Positions 1-9,865 are shown, counted from the stretch's first letter. The stretch: DNA of 64,000 bases from Parcubacteria group bacterium (GCA_016176785.1 JACOWN010000005.1:1202-65201), one strand, 5' to 3'. Made by a program: numbers and translations. The notes: generated by a model not told the origin, from the sequence alone.

Positions 1-876
1 GAAAGCGTGTTCGCGCGCACCGACGAGATGGTCGCACGAGGAGGAAAGCATTATCGCTCTGATGCGCTCTGCGGAAAAAAGGTTTTTCTGCTTTTTCTTG
101 AACCGTCAACGCGCACGCGCGAATCGTTCGCGGCGGCGGCGCTCGCGCTCGGCGCGTCGGTGCGCTCGCTTGATAACCCGAAGGAAACAATGTCGCTCAA
201 AAAAGGCGAGACGCTTTCCGAAACCGTTTACACGCTCAGCCGCTACTACGACGCCATCGTACTGCGGCAGAGTGAAGCGTATGTGGCGCGCGAAGCGGCG
301 CTCGCGAGCAGTGTCCCCGTCATCAACGCAGGCGACGGCCCCAACGAGCACCCGACGCAGGCGATCCTCGACCTCTATACCGTGAGGGAGTGGCACAAAA
401 AAATTGACGGGCTCACGGTGCTTATTGCGGGCGACCTTATGTACGGACGCACGGTGCATTCGCTCGTCTACGCGCTTTCGCTCTACAAAATAAAAAAACT
501 CATTTTCGTTCCGCACCCCCTTCTTCCTCTCCCGCGGCAAGTGCAGAAATACGCCGAACTGCACGGCATCCCTTGTGAGGAAACGGACTGCTTCTGGCGC
601 GCGGTTCCCGAGGCGGACGTCATTTACCAGACGCGAGTGCAGAAGGAGCGGCTAAAAGACGAAGCGGTTGCCGCCGATAGCGCCCCGAAGATAGATGAAC
701 ACATTCTCGCGGTAACAAAAAAGGATGCCTGCATCCTTCATCCACTCCCGCACGGCGGCGAACTCGCTCGCACGGCGCTTGAAGACCCGCGCACGCTCTG
801 CTTCAGCGCGCAGGAAGACAACGGCCTCTTCACGCGCATGGCGCTCCTTGAAATGATTTTTGAGCAGACGAACTGA
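1..876 (+). CDS. pyrB: Aspartate carbamoyltransferase catalytic subunit (5' end outside window)
   Basis: STRTR carbamoyl-phosphate motif, HPTQ and HPLP motifs typical of ATCase rather than OTCase. Only ~30 aa precede STRTR, so the true start lies upstream of the window. TGA stop at 874-876. Confidence 0.82.
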   Translation, partial: ESVFARTDEMVARGGKHYRSDALCGKKVFLLFLEPSTRTRESFAAAALALGASVRSLDNPKETMSLKKGETLSETVYTLSRYYDAIVLRQSEAYVAREAALASSVPVINAGDGPNEHPTQAILDLYTVREWHKKIDGLTVLIAGDLMYGRTVHSLVYALSLYKIKKLIFVPHPLLPLPRQVQKYAELHGIPCEETDCFWRAVPEADVIYQTRVQKERLKDEAVAADSAPKIDEHILAVTKKDACILHPLPHGGELARTALEDPRTLCFSAQEDNGLFTRMALLEMIFEQTN

Positions 877-936
877 TACAAAACATCCTACCCAAAAGGT
901 AGGTTTTTTGTTCCGATGCGGCGCAGTACCGCGCCG

Positions 937-1200
937 CTACGCAACTCGCCTCGTTAAGCGCACCAGATTTGATTTTTTCCGCGCGGCGGTGTTTTTTTTG
1001 AAAATACCGCGCTTCAGCGCTTTGTCAATCGCTTTATAGGCCTCGGGGATAAGCCGCTCCGCTCCGGCGCGGTCGTTCGCCTCCGTCAATTTGCGCATGC
1101 GCCTTACGATATCGCGCACCGCCTTTCTCCGGCGGTCGTTCACCTCCCGTTTGCGCGCCGCCGCGCGGAGCGCTTTTTTTGCCGACGATGTAATGGCCAT
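937..1200 (-). CDS. rpsT: 30S ribosomal protein S20
   Basis: 87 aa basic protein, N-terminus MAITSSAKKALRAAARKR and overall Lys/Arg-rich alpha-helical composition typical of S20. Confidence 0.88.
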   Translation of the reverse strand: MAITSSAKKALRAAARKREVNDRRRKAVRDIVRRMRKLTEANDRAGAERLIPEAYKAIDKALKRGIFKKNTAARKKSNLVRLTRRVA

Positions 1201-1295
1201 AGATAGAGGGAAGTATAGCCATTTCGCTTAAAAATGCAAGGCGGCAGATGACCTGCGCGGTTTAAAAACGGCTTCCGGTGCGCTATCATGGAACC

Positions 1296-1868
1296 ATGAT
1301 CGCTCACCTTGAAGGCATCGTCTTTCATAAGGATTTATTGTACCTTGTCCTTGAAACGGGGGGCGTGGGCTACCGTGTCTACGCCACTCCCGAGGTTCTG
1401 GGGGAAGCGCGTGTGGGCGCCTCCTATGCACTGTGGACGCATTACGCCGCCAAAGAAGAGACAACGGAACTCTACGGTTTTCGCACGAAAGAAGAGCTTG
1501 ATTTCTTCGGCCTTCTTCTCGGCGTTTCCGGCATCGGCCCGAAATCCGCGCTTGCCATTCTTTCGCTCGCTCCCGTTGAGACGCTTGCGAAAGCGATCGC
1601 CGCCGATGACACGGCATACCTTACCAAGGTCTCGGGGATCGGGAAGAAAACGGCTGCAAAAATCGTCCTGGAACTCAAAGAAAAGGTTGCCGCCGCGGAA
1701 GAAGAGGGAACGGCGCTTGGCCGCAGAGAAACGGGAGACGCGCTTGAAGCGCTCGCCGCGCTCGGCTATCCGCTCAAAGACGCGCGGGATGCGCTCCGTT
1801 CAGTCGGCGAAACGGCCCGCGGAACGAATGAGAAAATAAAAGAAGCGCTTAAATTGTTGAGCCGATAA
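1296..1868 (+). CDS. ruvA: Holliday junction branch-migration protein RuvA
   Basis: MIAHLEGIV... N-terminus, helix-hairpin-helix motifs LLGVSGIGPKSALAIL and VSGIGKKTAAKIV, C-terminal RuvB-interaction domain. Track ORF begins at a GTG at 1278; the ATG at 1296 matches the canonical RuvA N-terminus. Confidence 0.88.
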   Translation: MIAHLEGIVFHKDLLYLVLETGGVGYRVYATPEVLGEARVGASYALWTHYAAKEETTELYGFRTKEELDFFGLLLGVSGIGPKSALAILSLAPVETLAKAIAADDTAYLTKVSGIGKKTAAKIVLELKEKVAAAEEEGTALGRRETGDALEALAALGYPLKDARDALRSVGETARGTNEKIKEALKLLSR

Positions 1869-1890
1869 TTTTCCCGCGTTTCATCTCACT

Positions 1891-3174
1891 ATGATTGATG
1901 CCGTACTCTACCGCATAAAAAAAATCATCCCGCCGCGGCTTTTTCGCGCCTTGCAGCCGCTCTACCATTACACTCTCGCCTTCCTTGCGGCGCTCGTGTA
2001 CCGCTTCCCCGCGCGAAAACTTATCGTCGTCGGCGTAACCGGCACGAAGGGCAAAACAAGCGTCATTGAGATAGCCAATGCGATCTTTGAGGCCGCCGGC
2101 TACACGACCGCCGTCGCAAACACCGTGCGCTTCAAGATCGGGAACGAATCGCATGACAATGAGTTCAAAATGACGATGCCGGGGCGCTTTTTTCTCCAAC
2201 GATTTCTGCGCCGCGCGGTCAGGCAAAAATGCAACTACGCTTTTATAGAAATGACCTCGGAAGGGGCGAAACTGTTCCGTCACGCCTTCATTGCGCTTGA
2301 CGCGCTTATTTTCACCAATCTTGCGCCGGAGCATATAGAATCGCACGGCGGCTACGAGGCGTATCGCGACGCGAAGCTCTCGTTCGCGCGCGCGCTTGAG
2401 CGGTCGTCCAAAAAACGCCGCGTTATCGTCGCGAACCGCGACGATAACGAGGGCGGGCGTTTTCTTGCCGTTGACGTGCCGGAAAAGTACCCCTACGGCC
2501 TCGCCGACGGAGAGCCGTATGTCGCCAAAAAAGAAGGGCTTGAGTTCACTTTCCGCGGGCGGCGCATCGCGGCGCATTTATCCGGCGTATTCAACCTTTC
2601 AAACATTCTCGCTGCGGCGGCGTACGCGGCAAGCCAGGGCATCGGCGTTGATACCGTCGCGCGCGCGGTTGAATCGTTCCGCGGCATTCCGGGCCGCATG
2701 GAAAAAATAGACGAAGGCCAGCAGTTCACCGTCATCGTTGATTACGCGCACACGCCCGATTCGCTTGAAAAAGTGTACGAGGTGTTCCAGTCGGCGAAAA
2801 AAATATGCGTTCTCGGAGCGGCGGGGGGCGGCCGCGACGCGTGGAAGCGAAAGGAGATGGGCCGCATTGCCGGAAAACACTGCACGGAGATCGTGCTGAC
2901 GAACGAGGACCCGTACGACGAAGACCCCGAGAGCATCGTCCGCGCCGTCGCGGAGGGTATCGCGCGTCCCGTGTATGCCGTTATCATGGACCGGCGCGCC
3001 GCCATCCGCCACGCGCTTCTCCGCGCAACTGCGGGAGACGCGGTCATTATCACCGGCAAGGGAACCGACCCCTACCTTATGGGCCCCAACAACACCAAAC
3101 TCCCGTGGAGCGACGCGGCAGTCGCGCGTGAAGAATTGCGCGCCGTGCTGATGAACGCTACACTTAAAAGTTAA
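1891..3174 (+). CDS. Mur ligase family protein (MurE-like UDP-N-acetylmuramoyl-tripeptide ligase)
   Basis: P-loop VVGVTGTKGKTS, a Mur ligase middle domain and the DYAHTPDSLE motif shared by MurE/MurF-type ligases. At 427 aa it is shorter than canonical MurE. Confidence 0.7.
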   Translation: MIDAVLYRIKKIIPPRLFRALQPLYHYTLAFLAALVYRFPARKLIVVGVTGTKGKTSVIEIANAIFEAAGYTTAVANTVRFKIGNESHDNEFKMTMPGRFFLQRFLRRAVRQKCNYAFIEMTSEGAKLFRHAFIALDALIFTNLAPEHIESHGGYEAYRDAKLSFARALERSSKKRRVIVANRDDNEGGRFLAVDVPEKYPYGLADGEPYVAKKEGLEFTFRGRRIAAHLSGVFNLSNILAAAAYAASQGIGVDTVARAVESFRGIPGRMEKIDEGQQFTVIVDYAHTPDSLEKVYEVFQSAKKICVLGAAGGGRDAWKRKEMGRIAGKHCTEIVLTNEDPYDEDPESIVRAVAEGIARPVYAVIMDRRAAIRHALLRATAGDAVIITGKGTDPYLMGPNNTKLPWSDAAVAREELRAVLMNATLKS

Positions 3175-3188
3175 TCGGCATTCTATAC

Positions 3189-4121
3189 ATGAAATTTCTC
3201 TCCGGTTTTCTTTTCGTACTCCTCGTGCTCTGGGTTGCGTGGTTTATGACCGGCGGCCCCACGCGCGAGTCCGCGTGGAGCGGCCCGTTCCTTTCTCCGC
3301 CATCGCCTGTCGGCCCGGGCGGAACGTACGGCACGGAATCCAATGGTGACGGCGCGGCGGAAACCGTTCCGCCGGAAGTCGCTGACATTCAAGAAACCCT
3401 GAGGCGGCAGGGATTTGACGAGAATACCGTAGTAAAAACAACGGGCATATCGCTGTTCGGCGACCGCATTTCATTCGGCGGTTTTCCGCCGACCGGAGCG
3501 AGGGATGCGAGCGAAGAATATCTGGAGGTCCGCGCGTCGTCCAACAACAAAGAGCCGATCAATATCTCGGGGTGGCGGCTCAAAAGCATCGCTACGGGGC
3601 ATGAGGCGACGGTCGGCCAAGGGGCGTACCTTCCCCGCTCCGGAAAGGTTAACACCGAGCAGCCGATCTTTCTTGCGCCCGGAGAACGCGCGTACGTCGT
3701 GACCGGTTCCTCTCCGGTCGGCGTCTCCTTTCGCCTCAATATCTGCTCCGGTTATCTCGGACGATTCCAGACATTCGTCCCCTCTCTTCCCGCCGATTGC
3801 CCGCGGCCGGAAGAGGGATACCCCGACAGCGGGACGCCCGCATCCGACAAGTGCCTTGATTACCTGGAAACCATCAACCGATGCTCGGCGCACATAGCGG
3901 CGTTGCCGCTCTCGCTTGCCGACAATCCATCGTGCCAGGATTACATTTCCCAATACGTCAATTACAATGGGTGCGTTGACCTCTATAAAAATAAAGCCGC
4001 CTTTTACAAGCCGGAGTGGCGCGTCTATCTCAAAAAGACGCAAAAACTCTGGAAAGAAAGCAGGGAGATCATCGTCCTCTACGACACTGAGGGAAAAATC
4101 GTTGATTCAATTTCATACTGA
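3189..4121 (+). CDS. Secreted/membrane-anchored hypothetical protein with lamin-tail-like (LTD) segment
   Basis: N-terminal hydrophobic helix FLFVLLVLWVAWFM. Central ISGWRLKS...GERAYVVTG block resembles the LTD fold motif. C-terminal Cys-rich region. Confidence 0.45.
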   Translation: MKFLSGFLFVLLVLWVAWFMTGGPTRESAWSGPFLSPPSPVGPGGTYGTESNGDGAAETVPPEVADIQETLRRQGFDENTVVKTTGISLFGDRISFGGFPPTGARDASEEYLEVRASSNNKEPINISGWRLKSIATGHEATVGQGAYLPRSGKVNTEQPIFLAPGERAYVVTGSSPVGVSFRLNICSGYLGRFQTFVPSLPADCPRPEEGYPDSGTPASDKCLDYLETINRCSAHIAALPLSLADNPSCQDYISQYVNYNGCVDLYKNKAAFYKPEWRVYLKKTQKLWKESREIIVLYDTEGKIVDSISY

Positions 4122-4161
4122 CATCTCCGGAGGGCAGAGCGTGGCGGGTGTTCCCTGTTTT

Positions 4162-4644
4162 TTATACGTCAAGAAATCGGAATAAAATGATGCCTGCGGC
4201 GACGGAGACGTTGAGCGACTCTTTTGCGCCGCGCATGGGGATCTCAATAACGGCATCGCAACGCAGACGAACCGCGCGCGAAAGCCCGCGCGCTTCGTTG
4301 CCGAACACAAAAGCGGTCTTGGAGCGCGCCCGCGCTTTTTTATAATCAAGGGCGCGTGGCGCCCGCTCAACGGCAACGCAGTAATACCCGTCTTTTTTGA
4401 GTTCGCGAAGAAGCGCGCCGATATTCTCCCGCGTTTCCCACGGCACCGCTTTCTCTGCGCCCAGCGCCGTTTTTGAAATGTCCTTGCGCGCCCTCCCGAA
4501 TCGGTCAACCGGCGCGGGTGTGTAGCCGGAGAGGTATATCTTTGAAATGCCAGCTGCGTCCGCCGTCCGGAATATCGCCCCGACATTGTAGGCGCTGCGG
4601 ACATTATGGAGCACCGCGACGGCGTGCGGCTTTTTCGGTTTCAT
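4162..4644 (-). CDS. SpoU/TrmH-family RNA 2'-O-methyltransferase
   Basis: HNVRSAYNVGAIFRTADAAG and the FGNEARGLS...IPMRG...SLNVSVAAGIILF SPOUT knot motifs. Start set at MKPKK (codon at 4642-4644), which matches the ~160 aa size of TrmL/TrmH minimal enzymes. The track ORF extends to 4803. Confidence 0.75.
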   Translation of the reverse strand: MKPKKPHAVAVLHNVRSAYNVGAIFRTADAAGISKIYLSGYTPAPVDRFGRARKDISKTALGAEKAVPWETRENIGALLRELKKDGYYCVAVERAPRALDYKKARARSKTAFVFGNEARGLSRAVRLRCDAVIEIPMRGAKESLNVSVAAGIILFRFLDV

Positions 4645-4741
4645 GGCATTGAGCATACCATGGGCGTTTCGTAGCCCAAAGAGAAACAGCCCCTGGCTTC
4701 CCTTGTTTTTTATCGCGCCCCCGCATGGTATACTTTCTCCT

Positions 4742-5101
4742 ATGCTAAGCGTTTTTCCCGACCTTTTGACCTTTGGGCTCCTCGCGCCGGTCATTATCCG
4801 CATTTTTGTTGGGGCATTGTTTGTTTTGAGCGGCTGGAACGGTTGCCGTCGACTTTTTCAAGAAAAAAACCGAAAGGGCGCTTGGTATATGCACTGCGCG
4901 GTGAGCGCCGTTTCGCTTATTGCGGGGATGCTTGTGTTCGTGGGGCTTTTCACTCAACCGGCGGCGCTCGTTCTTGCGGTTATTTCTCTGGCGCGCGTCC
5001 GCGACAAAGACGACCGCCTTCTGTATCTCCTCTTATTCGCCATGGCGCTTTCGCTCCTCTTTTCAGGCGCCGGCTTTTTCGCGTTTGATTTGCCTCTTTA
5101 A
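4742..5101 (+). CDS. DoxX-family small membrane protein
   Basis: ~120 aa with 3-4 predicted TM helices (LLAPVIIRIFVGALFVLSGW, AVSLIAGMLVFVGLF...) typical of DoxX. The internal ATG at 4742 was chosen over the track start 4643 to leave a divergent promoter region. Confidence 0.5.
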   Translation: MLSVFPDLLTFGLLAPVIIRIFVGALFVLSGWNGCRRLFQEKNRKGAWYMHCAVSAVSLIAGMLVFVGLFTQPAALVLAVISLARVRDKDDRLLYLLLFAMALSLLFSGAGFFAFDLPL

Positions 5102-5185
5102 TTTAATCGGAAGATGTTGGTTGAGGCGAGCATGCCAGCCCAAAAAGTTGAAAAACCATGATTTTGTGGTAGTATTTTCGCATAG

Positions 5186-5258
5186 CCGCCCATAGCTCAG
5201 TTGGTAGAGCAGCTCCCTTTTAAGGAGAGGGTCGCAGGTTCGAATCCTGCTGGGCGGA
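5186..5258 (+). tRNA. tRNA-Lys (anticodon TTT)
   Basis: Manual cloverleaf: acceptor CCGCCCA/TGGGCGG, D-stem GCTC/GAGC, anticodon stem GCTCC/GGAGA with one mismatch, loop CTTTTAA (U33, TTT, A37), T-arm GCAGG-TTCGAAT-CCTGC, discriminator A. No encoded CCA. Confidence 0.82.
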
Positions 5259-5328
5259 CAAAAGGAGGTTGGTACGATCACGCAGTCAGGAGAGAAATAC
5301 CGCCTTACAAAACAAGAGGTCTCCTCGG

Positions 5329-5354
5329 TTATCCACTTATCCACAGTATCCACA
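5329..5354 (+). promoter_or_regulatory. Cluster of three tandem DnaA-box-like 9-mers (TTATCCACT, TTATCCACA, gTATCCACA)
   Basis: Read directly: ggTTATCCACTTATCCACAGTATCCACAac. Two are perfect or near-perfect matches to the TTATCCACA consensus. They lie in a 430-bp non-coding, partly AT-rich spacer. Confidence 0.5.
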
Positions 5355-5683
5355 ACTTGCACAACGGGTGGGGCACGACGTATACTACAAGCAGACCTTG
5401 AAAATTGTTTTCAGGGCAACGCTACGCCTTCGATAGGCGGAACAAATCGGCCTTTTGAAAAACATTTTCGGTTCTGTTCTTTTTGTGTTAGTACAAAACA
5501 ATATGACATAGCACTGCTCGTTCGTTTAGTTTAGGGATTTTTCTCCTCCCTAACACCGAAGCCCGCCATTTTTTTCTCCTCGGCGGGCTTCATTTTGTCC
5601 AAAAAACAAGAAGTCCCGCCCGCAAAGCGGGACGCCTCTGTTTTTTGAGGGTCTCGCACCTGGTTTGAGCAAAAAAATAAGAC

Positions 5684-6415
5684 CTATATCCTCAAAACAA
5701 ACTTTTCAAGCGCCACGGGGAGCGTGTCGCCGCCTTGCCGCACCTCGTGATAGGCGCGAACGAGGTCGGAAGAGAGTTTTTTCAGCTCATCTTCCGTATA
5801 TTTTTTCATACAACTCAACGCTTTTCGGAGAACAAAGGGCGGGAGGCGGAGCGCGGAAACGGCACGCGCGCCCCGCGTCTGCGCTTGTTTCACCGAGCAG
5901 AGCGTTTTAACCTGCCAAAACAAAGCTCCGTGAACCGCTTCCGGCTCTTTACCGTCCCTCCAGAGCGTTTGGAGCGTTACCCACGCCGCCCGCCGATCCC
6001 TTCGCCCCACCGCATCGGTCAGAGAAAAAACGGCGCGGTCCCGCGGCGCCGCGGCAGGTTCTTCTCGCGGCTCCCATACTTTCTCGGCATTGCGCGCCAA
6101 AACGGCAAGCATCTTTCGCGGCAAAGCGTTCTCGCACACGACGAAAACCGCCGGCGAAGCGGCAAGCAGTGCGGCGTTCTCCGCAATGAACGAAGCGGCG
6201 TCGTCGTTTTGAAAAACGTCATGAAGCACGACGGTGCTTGACGGCTCAAAGAGGCTCGAGGATCGCGCCCGTTCTTCAAGCGCCGCCACCGAAACGGAGT
6301 CGCCGTCAAAAGAAAAGAACGGCGCGTCCGGCTTTTTTTTGCGGAGGGCGTCAACAAAAGCGCGCTGTTGCGCTTTTATTTTTGGGGAGTCAAAGCCCGT
6401 GAAGAGATAAAGCAT
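5684..6415 (-). CDS. holA: DNA polymerase III delta subunit
   Basis: N-terminal MLYLFTG clamp-loader delta signature. Length and helical C-terminus are consistent with HolA. The terminator hairpin GTCCCGC-ccgcaaa-GCGGGAC plus a T-run lies just downstream on the minus strand (5615-5650). Confidence 0.68.
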   Translation of the reverse strand: MLYLFTGFDSPKIKAQQRAFVDALRKKKPDAPFFSFDGDSVSVAALEERARSSSLFEPSSTVVLHDVFQNDDAASFIAENAALLAASPAVFVVCENALPRKMLAVLARNAEKVWEPREEPAAAPRDRAVFSLTDAVGRRDRRAAWVTLQTLWRDGKEPEAVHGALFWQVKTLCSVKQAQTRGARAVSALRLPPFVLRKALSCMKKYTEDELKKLSSDLVRAYHEVRQGGDTLPVALEKFVLRI

Positions 6416-6503
6416 ATTCCTATTGTAACGCTGTCAAGTTCCGAGGCAATACGGGCGTGTGATACCGTTAGACGAGGAATGAGAACTTTAGCGGGAGCCC
6501 GCG

Positions 6504-6995
6504 ATGGTTTTTGCGAGAGCCGTGTTTTTTGTCATCTTGTTTTTTCTGCTTGGTTCGTGCTCAACGGTGCATAATTACACGAACGGCTGGGAAGCCGAGC
6601 TCGCGGACAGGACGGCTGTCATACGAAAAACAACGATGGAGGAAACGGTCCGCATATGCAATTACCGTTTCAAGATCGGCGCTTTCCCACCGCTTGTCTT
6701 TCTCGGCGCATGCACGGCGTGGGGCGATTCATACGACGAGGGATTGCCCGATATTGAAGTCATCATTTCCGATTGGGATTTTTTGAAACACGAGTTGTAC
6801 CAGGCGGCCGTTGACTGGGTCAACGTCGGCCATCGGGACCTTGTAATGACAGAGTGGCCCGCCGAAGCAATCTTCCTTGAATCTGAAGCGAGCGCGGAGG
6901 GTTTTGAAAAACTGTGGTCAACGCTCAAAGCATACGACAGGCAGGATTTTATCGTTTCGTTTGTGAAACCTCCGGAGCATCCCCTTCCTCCGTAG
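6504..6995 (+). CDS. Hypothetical exported protein (possible lipoprotein)
   Basis: Signal peptide MVFARAVFFVILFFLLGSCS with Cys after a hydrophobic core. No recognisable catalytic motifs. Confidence 0.4.
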   Translation: MVFARAVFFVILFFLLGSCSTVHNYTNGWEAELADRTAVIRKTTMEETVRICNYRFKIGAFPPLVFLGACTAWGDSYDEGLPDIEVIISDWDFLKHELYQAAVDWVNVGHRDLVMTEWPAEAIFLESEASAEGFEKLWSTLKAYDRQDFIVSFVKPPEHPLPP

Positions 6996-7016
6996 GAAGC
7001 ACGCGGCTTGTGGTCT

Positions 7017-9410
7017 TCATGAGCCGCTTTTTTGGTGCGCGCGCCACGCTTCCATTTCCCCCCAATTTTTTCCAACCGACGCATCGGCGACGAGCGGAAC
7101 ATCGTTTTCAATAACGCGCTCCATCGCGCGCTTGACGGTCGGCACGGCCTTGTCCACGGCGTCTTCCGCGACTTCGTAGAGCAACTCGTCGTGCACCTGA
7201 AGAATGAGGAACGCTTTGCCGTGCAGGTCGTTCTCCAGAAGCGCGGCGTCCGCGCGCACCATTGCGAGTTTTACAATGTCCGCGGCGGTGCCTTGTATCG
7301 GCGCATTGACCGCCATGCGTTCGGCGGCGCTTCTGATGTACGGAATCCTTGAATTGATGCCCTCAAAGTACCGCCGCCGCCCGAAAAGCGTCTCCGTATA
7401 CCCGCGCCGCGCCGCCTCCGTCTTCAGCGTTTCAAGGTATGCCGCGACTCCGGGGAACTCGCTGAAATAATTATGGTAAAAATGCTCCGCTTCTTCGCGC
7501 GTGCCGCCCAGATTTTTCTGCAGACTGGAAACCCCCATGCCGTAAATGATGCCGAAATTGATGACCTTCGCCTGCCGCCGCATGTCTTTCGTTACGGCGT
7601 CCTGCGGAACGCCGAATACGCGGGATGCGACCGCGGCATGCACGTCCCTGCCTTCCTTGAAAATGCGCGCCAAGTCCTTGTCGCCAGAAAGCATCGCAAG
7701 CGCGCGGAGCTCAATCTGCGAATAATCAAGCGCCACGAGCCGAAATCCCGCCGAAGCGATGAAGGCGCGCCTGATGCGCGCGCCGCGCTCTCCTTTGACG
7801 GGAATGTTCTGCATGTTCGGATTCTCCGACGCCATGCGCCCCGTCGTCGTGCCCGCTTGGAGAAAGGTGGTGTGGAGGCGGCCCGCCGCATCAACCGCGG
7901 CGGGTATGGCGTCAAGGTATGTTGAGACGAGTTTTTGCAGCTCGCGGAACGAGAGAATGTCGGGAATAACGGGGTGAGCTCCGCGCAATTTCAGAAGCTC
8001 CGATTCGCGCGTTGAACGCTGTCCGCCCTCCGTTTTCTTGAGACCTTTCGCGGTGAGCCCCAGACGGTCAAACAAAACTCCGGCAAGTTGTTTCGGCGAG
8101 TTGATGTTGAAGCGGGCGCCGGCATGTTTCCAGATTTTCTGTGCCAGCGCATCCAGTTCTTTGTGGTAGTCGCGCGAGAGCGCCTTCAGGTACGGGACGT
8201 CAACGAGAATGCCGCGCTTTTCCGCGGCGCGAAGGAGAGGAATAAGAGGCAATTCAATGTCGCGGTAGACGCGAAGCAAACCGCGCTCCTCAAGTTCGGA
8301 CGTGAGTTTCACGCGCGCCTCGGTAAGCGTGTCGGCGCGCGCGTATCTCAAGACGTCTTCGCGCGACGGAGTGGTGAGGTCCGAATTGATGAGCCAGAGC
8401 GCAAGCGCGAGACGCGCGATTTCCTCGCGGTCCGGCTCTCCTTCTCCGGATGATGCCGCGGGGGGAGATTCCGCGCCGGCGCTTTTCCGCACGCGGTCCA
8501 CCAACGCGCGAAAATCAAGGTCTTGGAAAAGACGGGTGACATTGTCGGGCGTGAACGACTCCCGCCACGATGCGCGCGGAAGCGCAAAAGAGATCGGCGT
8601 ATCGCGGCGGATAGAAGCGAGCGTTTTGGAAAAGAGCGCCTCTTCTTCGCCCTCTTTAAGAAGCGCAGTAACGCGTTCTTTGACCCCTTTCTTGAGGAAC
8701 GCCGCGGGATTTTTTCTCAACGCCGCATACACGCGTTCAACGGAGCCGAACAACTGAACGAGCTGCGCCGCGGTTTTTTCGCCGATGCCGCGAATGCCGG
8801 GGATGTTGTCCGACGGATCGCCGCGAAATCCCTTGAAATCGGCGAGGTACTTCGGCGCAAATCCGAAACGCGCCTTGACCGCCTCTTCGTCATAGAGAAT
8901 GGTATCGGAAATGCCTTTTTTCAAGGTGTATACGCGCACGCGCTTGCCGTCAACAAGCTGGAGCGTGTCCATGTCGCCGGAGGCGATGATGATCTCAAGG
9001 TCGCCGCGCTCAAGCTGTTTTTTCATCTGCGCGACGATGGTGCCGATAACGTCGTCCGCCTCAAAACCCTCTTTTTCATAGAGGGGTATGCCGAATGCCG
9101 TAAAGATGTCGCGCGACCGGTTCATCTGGTGCACGAGCGCTTCATCGGCCGCCGGCCGCGTCGCTTTGTACTTTTCATACGCCTCGTGGCGGAATGTCGG
9201 TCCGGGCAGGTCGTAGCATGCGGCAAGGTAGTCGGGCGAAAGGTCCTGAATGATCTTGATGAGCATTGCGGAAAGCCCGTAGAGGCCGCCGGTCGGCTCG
9301 CCTTTGCGCGACGAAAAATCCGGCAGCGCGTGATATGCGCGGTGGAGTATCGCATGGGCGTCCAAAAGCACGAGGCGTTTTTTCTTTTTTTTCTTCGGTT
9401 CTTTACTCAT
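7017..9410 (-). CDS. polA: DNA polymerase I (5'-3' exonuclease + polymerase domains; no obvious 3'-5' exonuclease motifs)
   Basis: N-terminal FEN domain (LLDAHAILHRAYHAL, GIPGIRGIGEKTAAQL). Polymerase motif A (DYSQIELRALA), motif B (RRQAKVINFGIIYGMG) and motif C (LQVHDELLYEV). 797 aa is Taq-like in size. Confidence 0.92.
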   Translation of the reverse strand: MSKEPKKKKKKRLVLLDAHAILHRAYHALPDFSSRKGEPTGGLYGLSAMLIKIIQDLSPDYLAACYDLPGPTFRHEAYEKYKATRPAADEALVHQMNRSRDIFTAFGIPLYEKEGFEADDVIGTIVAQMKKQLERGDLEIIIASGDMDTLQLVDGKRVRVYTLKKGISDTILYDEEAVKARFGFAPKYLADFKGFRGDPSDNIPGIRGIGEKTAAQLVQLFGSVERVYAALRKNPAAFLKKGVKERVTALLKEGEEEALFSKTLASIRRDTPISFALPRASWRESFTPDNVTRLFQDLDFRALVDRVRKSAGAESPPAASSGEGEPDREEIARLALALWLINSDLTTPSREDVLRYARADTLTEARVKLTSELEERGLLRVYRDIELPLIPLLRAAEKRGILVDVPYLKALSRDYHKELDALAQKIWKHAGARFNINSPKQLAGVLFDRLGLTAKGLKKTEGGQRSTRESELLKLRGAHPVIPDILSFRELQKLVSTYLDAIPAAVDAAGRLHTTFLQAGTTTGRMASENPNMQNIPVKGERGARIRRAFIASAGFRLVALDYSQIELRALAMLSGDKDLARIFKEGRDVHAAVASRVFGVPQDAVTKDMRRQAKVINFGIIYGMGVSSLQKNLGGTREEAEHFYHNYFSEFPGVAAYLETLKTEAARRGYTETLFGRRRYFEGINSRIPYIRSAAERMAVNAPIQGTAADIVKLAMVRADAALLENDLHGKAFLILQVHDELLYEVAEDAVDKAVPTVKRAMERVIENDVPLVADASVGKNWGEMEAWRAHQKSGS

Positions 9411-9865
9411 GCTTCTTTGTTTTGATGCGTAATTTTGACGCGCCGCGTTGACCCGTCAGCCCCCTCAAAACAAATCTTCGTTGCGCCGTCGGGAAGGATT
9501 TCTTGGACGCGCTCCGCCCATTCCACAAAAATAATGTTCTTGGGATTTTCGGCAAGTTCACCCCAGCCAAGTGCGGCCAGCTCATCCGCGTTCTTGAGGC
9601 GGTAGGCGTCAATATGGATAAAATGCTCAAAATGCGGGTGGATAAGTTTATACACGCGCTCAATGACGAAAGTCGGGCTCATGACGGTCTCCGTAATGCC
9701 GAAAGCGCGCGCCGCGGCTTGAACGAACGTCGTTTTCCCGCTTCCGAGATCGCCGCAGAGCGCAACGACCGTCGCTTTCGCGTTTTTTTCGCCCGAAAGC
9801 GCGCGCGCCACTTTGTCGGCAACCGCTTGCAATTCGTCACGGCGCACTGTTTCAAAATCCGTCAT
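9407..9865 (-). CDS. tsaE: tRNA threonylcarbamoyladenosine biosynthesis ATPase TsaE
   Basis: P-loop ALCGDLGSGKTTF, HIDAYRL and IIFVEWAE motifs typical of YjeE/TsaE. 4-nt overlap with polA. Confidence 0.85.
   Translation of the reverse strand: MTDFETVRRDELQAVADKVARALSGEKNAKATVVALCGDLGSGKTTFVQAAARAFGITETVMSPTFVIERVYKLIHPHFEHFIHIDAYRLKNADELAALGWGELAENPKNIIFVEWAERVQEILPDGATKICFEGADGSTRRVKITHQNKEA

Noticed and set aside
5063-5362. 99-aa minus-strand ORF covering tRNA-Lys
   Set aside because: It overlaps a well-folded tRNA gene and the DnaA-box cluster, and has no coding features.
8523-9425. 300-aa plus-strand ORF inside polA (antisense)
   Set aside because: Same reasoning: polA motifs are unambiguous on the other strand.
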